This document shows, piece by piece, positions 54,005 to 62,279 of a stretch of DNA of 64,000 nucleotides. The notes under the pieces are model-generated. The model saw only the letters and a program-made list of their open reading frames with translations, ran no database searches and had not been told where the DNA came from. Within the stretch, counting starts at the first letter, position 1. Each line of letters opens with the position of its first letter. The position numbers and the translations under genes were made by a program. The stretch is taken from the NCBI GenBank assembly GCA_963825135.1, contig CAWGRW010000010.1, forward strand, positions 128,001-192,000. Direction: 5' to 3'. The DNA is from an uncultured bacterium. Its GTDB lineage: Bacteria > Desulfobacterota_D > UBA1144 > Nemesobacterales > UBA2774.

Positions 54005-54278
54005 TAGGGATTTATCCTCCTCCTCTAAGTGATTCCGAACCCAATATACCATGATTAAAAGAATTAATAAACATTTTTCACCGATTCTTAACCCTCCGGC
54101 TCTCAATTCCGCTCTTTTTCCAACGGGCTAAAACAAAGAGCCCCTTTCCCCGGAGCGGGGAAAGAGGCTCTTTCATTTGCTGTCATTCCTGAATTCCTTA
54201 TTCCGGAATCCAATCCTTAAATTCCCTCCCCCTTTACCAAGGGTGGGGCGTCACCTTACATTAATAATCCAACTGAAA

Positions 54279-54797
54279 TTAAACCGCCTGCGCCCTCTTG
54301 CGCCTGACGGCGAAGAACACCCCTATCAGCCCCAATCCGACGACGGCTGAAATCATCCCCCACTCGGAAAGCGTCGGAATAGCATTACTCGTAACTCCCG
54401 GAACGTTGACGAATGTGCAGGTCGTCTCAGACATAGCCTCGCTCGTGCAGAGGGCGGTAAGACCACCCGGTATAGCGGTAAACTCAAACCCCGTGCTGGA
54501 ATCGCAGAGGACATCGTCGAGCACCCATCCGGGCGTCGGCTGCTCCGTGATATCGACGTCGGCGTCAAAATTTAATTGCGTCGTAATGCAGTCCCCTCCG
54601 TCGAAGAGCTCTACAGTTTCTGTCATACCGGAATCGGTGAAGTCGATTAGAAAACCCTGGTCCCCCGCTCCCGGAGCAGACTTGCAGATTGTCACCGCGC
54701 ACGGCTGCGCGCTCGCGCTGTCTCCGAACGACGCTATACAGACGGCAGCCGCGATAAATACCGAAAGTTTCAACAACGAATTCAATACTCTATTCAT
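54279..54797 (-). CDS. IPTL-CTERM surface protein
   Basis: Start MNRVLNS after GAGGAGG; IPTLSEWG. Confidence 0.92.
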   Translation of the reverse strand: MNRVLNSLLKLSVFIAAAVCIASFGDSASAQPCAVTICKSAPGAGDQGFLIDFTDSGMTETVELFDGGDCITTQLNFDADVDITEQPTPGWVLDDVLCDSSTGFEFTAIPGGLTALCTSEAMSETTCTFVNVPGVTSNAIPTLSEWGMISAVVGLGLIGVFFAVRRKRAQAV

Positions 54798-54921
54798 ACG
54801 ACCCTCCTCGAAAATATTTATTTTATTCAAGTAGAAATTCTTGCTCGCAGCCGTTTCACCGCGAAGAATACGCCGATGAGACCTAATCCGGCGGCAGTCG
54901 ATATCTTCCCCCGCCCGGATA

Positions 54922-55332
54922 TTATCGGGCCGTTCCCTCTTCGTTCTCAAGCGTGCACCCGCCTTCGCCGGACGACGCGCATTCGGCCGCGAACCCGTCC
55001 TTCGTTTTGGTGATCGTTATTCCCTTGAGGTCCGTGCACACCACATCGTCGAGCACCCATCCGGGCGTCGGCAGCTCCGCGACTTTCAGCGTATCGGGCG
55101 GGTCGAAGGATTCCTTGATACACGGCCCCATATCGACAAGCGCTTTCTTCTCCGTCTTTCCGCCGCCCTCGATCCTGATATTGAAAGGCGCTTCCCCCGC
55201 GCCGTCGGCCTCGAGGCATATAACCAGCCGGCAACCCTCCGCGCCCGCGCTCCGGGCGAAAGAGGGGACGATCATGATTCCCGCAACAGCGATAATCAAT
55301 AAGACGTAACAGGCTTTAATTATCCGCCTCAT
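54922..55332 (-). CDS. IPTL-family paralog lacking its CTERM anchor
   Basis: Homologous to 55363 gene; decayed out-of-frame tail PIISGRGKISTAAGLGLIGVFFAVKRLR follows. Confidence 0.8.
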   Translation of the reverse strand: MRRIIKACYVLLIIAVAGIMIVPSFARSAGAEGCRLVICLEADGAGEAPFNIRIEGGGKTEKKALVDMGPCIKESFDPPDTLKVAELPTPGWVLDDVVCTDLKGITITKTKDGFAAECASSGEGGCTLENEEGTAR

Positions 55333-55362
55333 CTATTCCCTCGGTTCATACGAGTCCGTCTC

Positions 55363-55890
55363 TTACGCCTGCTCGGAGCCCCTGCCCGTCCGGAGCCTCT
55401 TCAACGCGAAGAACACACCGATCATTCCCAATCCGAGAGCCGCAGCGATCACGCCCCACTCCGAGAGCGTCGGGACGTTCACTTCGGCCGTTCCCTCTAC
55501 GTTGACCAGCGTGCACGTGCCTGCGCTCGACGACACGCATTCGGCCACAAACCCGTCGTTGGTGTTGGTGAGCTCGATTCCGTTGAGGCCGGGGCAGAAC
55601 ACATCGTCGAGCACCCATCCGGGCGTCGGCAATTCCGCGACTGTCAGGGTATTGGGCGAATCGAAGGTTTGCAGGATACACAGTCCCTGATCGACCAGCA
55701 CTCCCTTGCCCACCTCACCGCCCACTTCGAACCTTACTTCGAACGGCGTATCCCCCGCGCCTTCGGCCGACTTGCATATGACCAGCTCGCAGCTCTGCGC
55801 GCCCGCGCTTGGGGTGAGGGACGGGACGATCATGGTTCCCGGAACGGCGATAATCAATAGTACGTAACATGCATTAATAATGTGCTTCAT
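55363..55890 (-). CDS. IPTL-CTERM surface protein
   Basis: Start MKHIINA after AGGAGG; VPTLSEWG. Confidence 0.92.
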   Translation of the reverse strand: MKHIINACYVLLIIAVPGTMIVPSLTPSAGAQSCELVICKSAEGAGDTPFEVRFEVGGEVGKGVLVDQGLCILQTFDSPNTLTVAELPTPGWVLDDVFCPGLNGIELTNTNDGFVAECVSSSAGTCTLVNVEGTAEVNVPTLSEWGVIAAALGLGMIGVFFALKRLRTGRGSEQA

Positions 55891-56070
55891 ACAGCTCCTC
55901 CTGTAAGGGCATATCACCCTTCCGCTTGATCTACGCCCAATATACCATAATCAAAAGAAATAATAAACCTTTTTCTCCGGTCCTTAACCCGCCGCGCAAA
56001 AATTTCACACCTCCCGATTCTCCGAGTATAATTCAGTCCATCCAGGGCAATTTTTCCCCGCTGAGGCAAG

Positions 56071-56799
56071 ATGAAACCGATTCACGCTGTCGTAAGGATT
56101 CTGGCGGTCGTAGCCGCGGTGTTTGTAATCTACTACTGGGCCTACCCCCAGATGATGAGGTTCTATTACTACTACACGGCCGAGTCCCGCATGCTCGAAG
56201 TCCCCGCGTTCCCTGAGATAAAGGAATACTACCCCGACCTCTACAGGCAAATACTGTCCGACACGAAAACGGCGATTATCAAGGGCGGCAAGATGGACGA
56301 TATAATAGCGGCCAACGGCGATAAGATCGCGGCGCTCCTCGGAAACGACCTGCCCCTCGCCTCGCACGAAGCGACCTCGGCGTTCATCACGTCCTTCATA
56401 GGGGTGTTCCGGAAGGCCGGAAACAGCGACCCCGAGTGCTGCGTCGATCTCATAAACGGCAACGAGCAGTGCATGTGGACCCTCATGACGCCCGAGGAGC
56501 AGAACGAGGTCTTAAGGGCGATTGCGCTCATTATCAGGTCCGCCCACACGGAGCCCGCGAAGCTCAAGGACGTGAAGCAGGCGAAAAGGGACGTAGGCCG
56601 CGTCTCCTCGAACGTCGTCGCGAAGTACGGCCCGGAGATCGACTACACGGCGCAGACGGAGCTCACCGATGAGGACAAGAAGAAGGTCTGCTTCGCCATA
56701 GCGGAGCTATACTCGGAGACGCTCAAGCTCCCGCCCGCCCGCTCGTCCGACGCCATCAAATTCCTCCTCTCCGGCGCGGGCGGCGAACCGCAGCAGTAG
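56071..56799 (+). CDS. Membrane-anchored hypothetical protein
   Basis: N-terminal TM, host-like codon usage. Confidence 0.75.
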   Translation: MKPIHAVVRILAVVAAVFVIYYWAYPQMMRFYYYYTAESRMLEVPAFPEIKEYYPDLYRQILSDTKTAIIKGGKMDDIIAANGDKIAALLGNDLPLASHEATSAFITSFIGVFRKAGNSDPECCVDLINGNEQCMWTLMTPEEQNEVLRAIALIIRSAHTEPAKLKDVKQAKRDVGRVSSNVVAKYGPEIDYTAQTELTDEDKKKVCFAIAELYSETLKLPPARSSDAIKFLLSGAGGEPQQ

Positions 56800-57398
56800 G
56801 CACACACACACGTAGTGTGTTTCTATGATCCTTCCCGACCCCCTCAGCTCAAACCGGCAATCATGGCGTTTTCGTATGTCGGCGGCGACACGCCGCCCCG
56901 TTCACCCCGAGCGCACACGTAGCGCGCTGTCGAAGGGTCTTCCTTAATTCCCTCCCCCTTGAGGGGAGAGGGTGAAGGGTGAGGGTGTACCTAGATATGT
57001 AAACCCGTTCACCCTGAGCCCGTCGAAGGGTCATCCTTAATTCCCTCCCCCTGGGGGGGAGGGTTAGGGTGGAGGTGTATTTCGAGCAGCGCGAGAAATT
57101 ATTTTTGCTTTTTTCACCGAGAAAAGAATTGGTTAAAAAAACGCTGTTTCACGTAACGATACCTTCGAACAGACCAATGTGAAAGGTTTTAGCATAAACA
57201 CAAGATTCTTAGGATACGGAGTCGGAGTTTTCGCCCCTTTTCATCAAGGAGGAGGATAAAAAAAGATCCGTGCACCGCTCTTCGACTTTGATTGTCATTG
57301 CGATAAATCACATTGCGCTTGGTCGCCCTGGAAGCCGCTACTACGTTAACGTCAGCATTGCAAGCTGCATAGCAGCGCGGCAATCTCGCCTTTTCTTT

Positions 57399-57586
57399 CC
57401 CGACATTACAGAATTTGCGTCACATTGTTTCCCTCCCCCTTCCCAAGGGGGAGGGTGTGGGTGGGGGTTTACCTTATCAGCCTATCAATCCAGAGAGTCT
57501 TTCTCTTTCCAGGCGTAAAGAAATCTTTGAGCAGTCCAATTGAAAGATTTTAGCTTAAACACAAGATTTTTAGCACAATTCTGTAG
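57399..57586 (+). repeat. Element A copy 20 (class B, interrupted by a REP); degenerate copy also at ~57150-57265
   Basis: Left arm at 57399, right part resumes ~57512. Confidence 0.8.
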
Positions 57587-57757
57587 AGTCTTTTCGGAAA
57601 CCACACTACGTGTGTGATTTTTGCTTCTTTTCATCAAGGAAAAGAAGGATAAATAAATGGTTTTTCACCTTTCCTTCGTCTTTTCCTATCTTCCCTTATC
57701 CTCTCGAAAGAGACAACGAAGGACCCGGCACTCCCGCCCGCCCCCCCGGATACGCCG

Positions 57758-58174
57758 CTACGGCAGCTGACGGTAAATCTCCTCCATATCGAACCAGACG
57801 TTCTCCCTCCTGATCTTCCCGTCCCCCGCAAACTCGATCACGTGCAGGAGCCTGAACTCGAGCGGACGCCCCCTGCCCTCAATGCCGAACGGACGCCCCG
57901 GCGCAGTGCCCGCCCAGAGGGACTCGTCGACGAGAAAATCCTTCCCGTAGAGCCGCTTCAGAGAGGTGACCTTCGAGACCTTGAGGTCCCGGAACGCGGC
58001 CTCGTAGAACCGCCCCGCCTCCTCTTTCCCGAACGTAGGCCCCGTGGGCGCGCCCACGACGTCGTGGACCACGTCCGGCGTGAGCGTGCGCAGCACCCCC
58101 GCCACGTCGTCACTCGCCTCGCAGTCGAAATGGTCGTCCAGTATCCTGTCCATCTGCTCGCGCGTGAGCGCCAT
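57758..58174 (-). CDS. SnoaL/NTF2-like ester cyclase family protein
   Basis: DVVHDVVG..G, FGIEGRGRPLEF, GKIRRENVWFD. Confidence 0.85.
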   Translation of the reverse strand: MALTREQMDRILDDHFDCEASDDVAGVLRTLTPDVVHDVVGAPTGPTFGKEEAGRFYEAAFRDLKVSKVTSLKRLYGKDFLVDESLWAGTAPGRPFGIEGRGRPLEFRLLHVIEFAGDGKIRRENVWFDMEEIYRQLP

Positions 58175-58364
58175 GCCGCACCTCCGTGCTCGTATATTAG
58201 ACGCGCTGACCCCGGCCGCGGATTTACGCGGAGAAAAATCCCGTCCCGCCCACGCGCCGCGGGCGTGAGGCGCGAACTCACAAACGCTCTCCTCCGCGTT
58301 TCACGTGAGTGAATGCCCAGCCCCATAGACACCCCGCTCATAAATATTGTATTGTAGTAACGTC

Positions 58365-59255
58365 ATGCCCGGCATCAGGGACGAGACATTCGGCGGCACG
58401 TTCCCCTTCGCTCCGCGCTTCTCGGGCGCGGGCGGATTCGATATGCATTACATAGACGAAGGAGAGGGCGAGCCCGTGCTCATGCTCCACGGAGACCCGA
58501 CTTGGGGTTATCTCTGGAGGGAGTTCATCCCGGCTCTATCGGCCGGGCGCCGCGTCATAGTCCCCGACCACATGGGCATGGGCAAATCGGACGCGCCCGA
58601 AGGGCCCTACCCTTACCGCCTCGGCCGCCACATAGACAACCTCGAAGCGCTCGTCCTCTCGCTCGGCCTCTCGGACATCACGCTCGTAGTCCACGACTGG
58701 GGCGGCCCCGTCGGCCTGGGCTTCGCCGTGAGACGCCCGGAGCTCATCAAACGCCTCGTGCTCACGAACACCTGGGCCTTCGCGCGCTGGCCCGGAGCGC
58801 CCTTCCCGAAGCTGGTCGAGATGATAAGGTCCCCGCGCGGGGAGCAGTTCGTGCTCGAGAAAAACGGCTACGTCGGCCGCGCGATCACGGGCACTGTGAA
58901 TTATCCGGAGAAGATAACCCCCGAGGTGATGGGCGCGTACACGGCGCCCTTCCCCACGCCCGAATCGAGGCGGGCGCTCCTCTGCTGGTCGCGAGACATC
59001 CCGGTCGACGAAGGGGATCCCTCGTGGGACGACATGGCGGCTATCGAGAAGAATCTCAAACTGTTCGAGAACATCCCCGTCCTCATAGTGTGGGGCATGC
59101 TCGACCCGATACTCCCGCCGGTCCTGCTCGAGCTCTGGAAGAGCGTCTATCCGCACGCACGCGCCGTGGAGATACCGGACGCCTCGCATTTTCTGCAGGA
59201 GGACGCCCCGGACGCAGTGCTCGGAGCGATAGAGGGGTTTTTGGAAGACACTTGA
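58365..59255 (+). CDS. Alpha/beta hydrolase, haloalkane dehalogenase/OleB-like
   Basis: HGDPTW, VHDWGG nucleophile elbow, HFLQED. Confidence 0.9.
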   Translation: MPGIRDETFGGTFPFAPRFSGAGGFDMHYIDEGEGEPVLMLHGDPTWGYLWREFIPALSAGRRVIVPDHMGMGKSDAPEGPYPYRLGRHIDNLEALVLSLGLSDITLVVHDWGGPVGLGFAVRRPELIKRLVLTNTWAFARWPGAPFPKLVEMIRSPRGEQFVLEKNGYVGRAITGTVNYPEKITPEVMGAYTAPFPTPESRRALLCWSRDIPVDEGDPSWDDMAAIEKNLKLFENIPVLIVWGMLDPILPPVLLELWKSVYPHARAVEIPDASHFLQEDAPDAVLGAIEGFLEDT

Positions 59256-59359
59256 TAACTCATATTCCACTTCACCGGAATACCCCCCCTTCCTTGCTTA
59301 TTCCCCCTCCCACGAACATAATATATCCCTACTCCCCCCGCCCGGTGTGAGGACCTCGG

Positions 59360-60058
59360 ATGCAACTAGAGAGAGCTATATTTCTTGCGGTATCGATATC
59401 CCTGGCCGCGTCGTCCTGCTCGCGCGACAAGAAGCCCGATTTCAGGGACGTCAGGTGGGGCATGTCTAAAGAAGAGGTCAGGAAGCGCGAGACCGCGGAG
59501 CTCATGAAAGAGGGCAACGAGGTGCTGATTTACAGGATCGGCGGCGGGCTGTCGACAGTTGAATCCGAGGGCACGGTAGAGGTCGAGCTCGACGCGAAGC
59601 CCGGGGACGGCAGCGCCCGGGAGAGCCCGCGCGTAACCATAGAGGTCGAAACGCCCGAGCCCGAATACGACGTCGTCTATGCGTTTAAGGACGGCAGGCT
59701 GGGCATGGCCGTGCTCCACCTCCGCGATTCGGCGCAGGACCCCTCCGAATATATCAGGCTCCTCAGGGAAAAGTCCGCGGAGATATCGAAGGAGACGGGC
59801 ACCCCCGCCTCGGGAGTCGCCGAGTACGGCGTGGGCGCGCCGAAGGACGACCCCTATTCCGCGCCCCGGGAGATTTGCGAGGGACAGTACTCCCTCAAAC
59901 ACGCCTGGCCGACTTTCAAAAACAGGACCGACGTCACCATAGAGCTCGACCAGAAAAAGTTTTCCCACGAGCCCGACTGCAACCTCTCCGTATTCTACGA
60001 GAGCGTGAAGTACCCGATCGACCCCGCCCTCTCCGGCGAGCTCCACGAAAAGCTCTAG
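59360..60058 (+). CDS. Lipoprotein, DFR..RWGM family
   Basis: ASSC lipobox-like; paralog of 60817..61485. Confidence 0.8.
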   Translation: MQLERAIFLAVSISLAASSCSRDKKPDFRDVRWGMSKEEVRKRETAELMKEGNEVLIYRIGGGLSTVESEGTVEVELDAKPGDGSARESPRVTIEVETPEPEYDVVYAFKDGRLGMAVLHLRDSAQDPSEYIRLLREKSAEISKETGTPASGVAEYGVGAPKDDPYSAPREICEGQYSLKHAWPTFKNRTDVTIELDQKKFSHEPDCNLSVFYESVKYPIDPALSGELHEKL

Positions 60059-60444
60059 CGCTGTGAAACGCAGCACGGCAAACTCGTCTTTCCTTCCCGA
60101 CATTACACAATTTGCGGCAGGCACACACAATGTGTGTCTCTACGATTCTTCCGTAACTCCTCAGCTCAACCAACAAGCGAAGCCAAACCCGTTCGTGCTG
60201 AGCTTGTCGAAGCACGTTACCGACATTACAGAATTTGCGGCGGGTAAGCACCCGCGGGCATACGATCTCTAACATCCGCCTCAGCTCAACCCAACCCGTT
60301 CACCCTGAGCGCACACGAAGTGTGCTGTCGAAGGGTCCTCCTTAATTCCCTCCCCCTCAATAGGAGGGGGGAGGGTCAAGGGTGGGGGTGTACCTTAATC
60401 ATTCTGTCATTGCGAGCAAAGCGAAGCAATCTCGCCTTTTCTTC

Positions 60445-60564
60445 CCCGACATTACAGAATTTGCGTCAAGAAAATCGCGTGTTTAAGCGTAAAGAAATCT
60501 TTGAGCAGTCCAATTGAAAGATTTTAGCTTAAACACAAGATTTTTAGCAAATTATGTAGTCGGA
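60445..60564 (+). repeat. Element A copy 21 (class B)
   Basis: Matches class B consensus. Confidence 0.92.
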
Positions 60565-60816
60565 ATGATTTTTGCTTCTTTTCATCAAGGAAAAGAAGAG
60601 ATCAATTTCGCCTTTGCCTTTGCTTTTTCTTTGTCTTTTCGAAAGACCACACTACGTGTGTTCATCAAGGAAAAGAAGGATTAATCAAATAGCCTTTCAC
60701 CTTTCTTCGTCATTGCGAGCCCTCCCGTTCGACCATCGGCACGCATCCCCCCTCTTGCGTCCCCCGCCCTTCCGGCACTATAATATCCGCAACACCCCGA
60801 GCGGGAGCGGAGACCC

Positions 60817-61485
60817 ATGAACATCAAATCACTTGCCGTAATCGCCTTATTATTGCTATCCCCGGCGGCCCTGTGCTTCGCGTCGGGCGAAAAGCCCGAC
60901 GTGAGGGACGTGAGGTGGGGCATGTCGAAGGAAGAGGTCATGAAGCACGAAAAGGCCGAGAAAATCAAGGAGACTGACAGCATACTCGTATACTTCATCA
61001 AAGGCGGGCCTACGCGCGAAATTATCCACACGCATCCCGACCTGGATGGGAAATCGATGGAGCTATCCATGGATATCGACGTACCCGACTACAACCTCGT
61101 CTACCTCTTCCCGGACGGCAAGCTCGGCATGGCCATTCTCCATATGGACAACCCCAAGGCGGACGCGAAGGATTATATCGACGAGTTCGACCGCCTGGCG
61201 GACAAGATAACCGATGAGACCGGGAAGGAGCCCGACGGACAGGCGAAATACGCCGAGAACGAGAGCGAGGACACCGTCTACGAGCACCCCGCGGAGATAT
61301 GCACGGGGAGGTACGGTTTAAGGTACATCTGGCCCGCGACAAACGACAGGACTAAAATCATGATCGAGCTCGACGACAGGAAGTCCGCCGACGACAAGTC
61401 CGAATGCACCCTGGCGATATTCTACGAGAGCGTCAAATTCCCCGTCGACCCGGCGTCTTTGGCGAAGATGCACGAAGCATTGTAA
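60817..61485 (+). CDS. Secreted protein, DFR..RWGM family
   Basis: KPDVRDVRWGMSKEEV, FYESVKFPVDP shared with 59360. Confidence 0.8.
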   Translation: MNIKSLAVIALLLLSPAALCFASGEKPDVRDVRWGMSKEEVMKHEKAEKIKETDSILVYFIKGGPTREIIHTHPDLDGKSMELSMDIDVPDYNLVYLFPDGKLGMAILHMDNPKADAKDYIDEFDRLADKITDETGKEPDGQAKYAENESEDTVYEHPAEICTGRYGLRYIWPATNDRTKIMIELDDRKSADDKSECTLAIFYESVKFPVDPASLAKMHEAL

Positions 61486-61639
61486 CGCGCGACACACAGA
61501 CACATAGTGTCATTTTACGATCCTTCCGTGACTCCTACGCTCAAACCAGCAACGAAGCCCAACCCGTTCGTCCTGAGCGCACACGAAGTGTGCTGTCGAA
61601 GGGTCTCTTCCCTTCAATTTCCCCCTTAGAAAAAGGGGA

Positions 61640-61724
61640 ACAATTTCGAACGAGTGAGGAATTGGTCGGAGATGATTAAATGCAAAGGACTTTCTTAATT
61701 GAAGTGACACTTTTGTCAAACCAG
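61640..61724 (+). mobile_element. Element X insertion
   Basis: ac-aatttc-gaacgagtga-ggaatt-gg-tcgg. Confidence 0.75.
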
Positions 61725-61866
61725 ATTAAGGGGGATTTAGTTTTTTCTTTTTCCCCGACATTACAGAATTTACGGCGGGTGAGCACCCGCAGGCATACGA
61801 TCTCAAGCATCTCCTTTCCTGTCATTTCGACCAACATGGAGAAATCTAGTCTTTCTGCCTTTTCTT

Positions 61867-61992
61867 CCCGACATTACAGAATTTGCGTTAAGAAAATCGA
61901 TTGTACGAGCGTTAAGAATCTTACACGGGGTGGGGTGGAATTGGAAGATTTAGCGAGTACATGAGATTTTTAGCACAATTCTGTAGTCGGAT
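61867..61992 (+). repeat. Element A copy 22
   Basis: Matches consensus. Confidence 0.95.
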
Positions 61993-62279
61993 GATTTTTG
62001 CTTCTTTTCATCAAGGAAAAGAAGGATTAAAACAACCAGTCTTTTACCTTTCTTTGTCTTTTCATTAAACACACTACGTGTGGATCTGCGGCCCTGGAAT
62101 ACCTCCTCCGCTCAACCCGGCAACGAAGCCCAACCCGTTCGTCCTGAGCGAATTCAAAGGATCGAAGGGTTGAACAGTATTACAGCGCTTCCCCCCTTCC
62201 CCCCAACCGAGGTTATAATTGTTAATCGTTATATTTTCGTGCTAATCTATGCCACTCGGTCTTTAAAGGAGGATATGGT

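Noticed and set aside
299..61724. Element X as IS91-like insertion at GTTC or as group II intron remnants
   Set aside because: Bases preceding AC vary (GA, CA, GG, AG), AC appears to belong to the insert, and no domain V motif is recognisable
613..61992. CRISPR array based on the recurring 21-bp CCCGACATTACAGAATTTGCG
   Set aside because: Spacing is irregular (about 100 bp to kb), the intervening DNA is itself repetitive or genic, and no cas genes are present
742..61992. Canonical integron
   Set aside because: No intI, no AAC/GTT cores and mixed gene orientation; kept only as an analogy in findings
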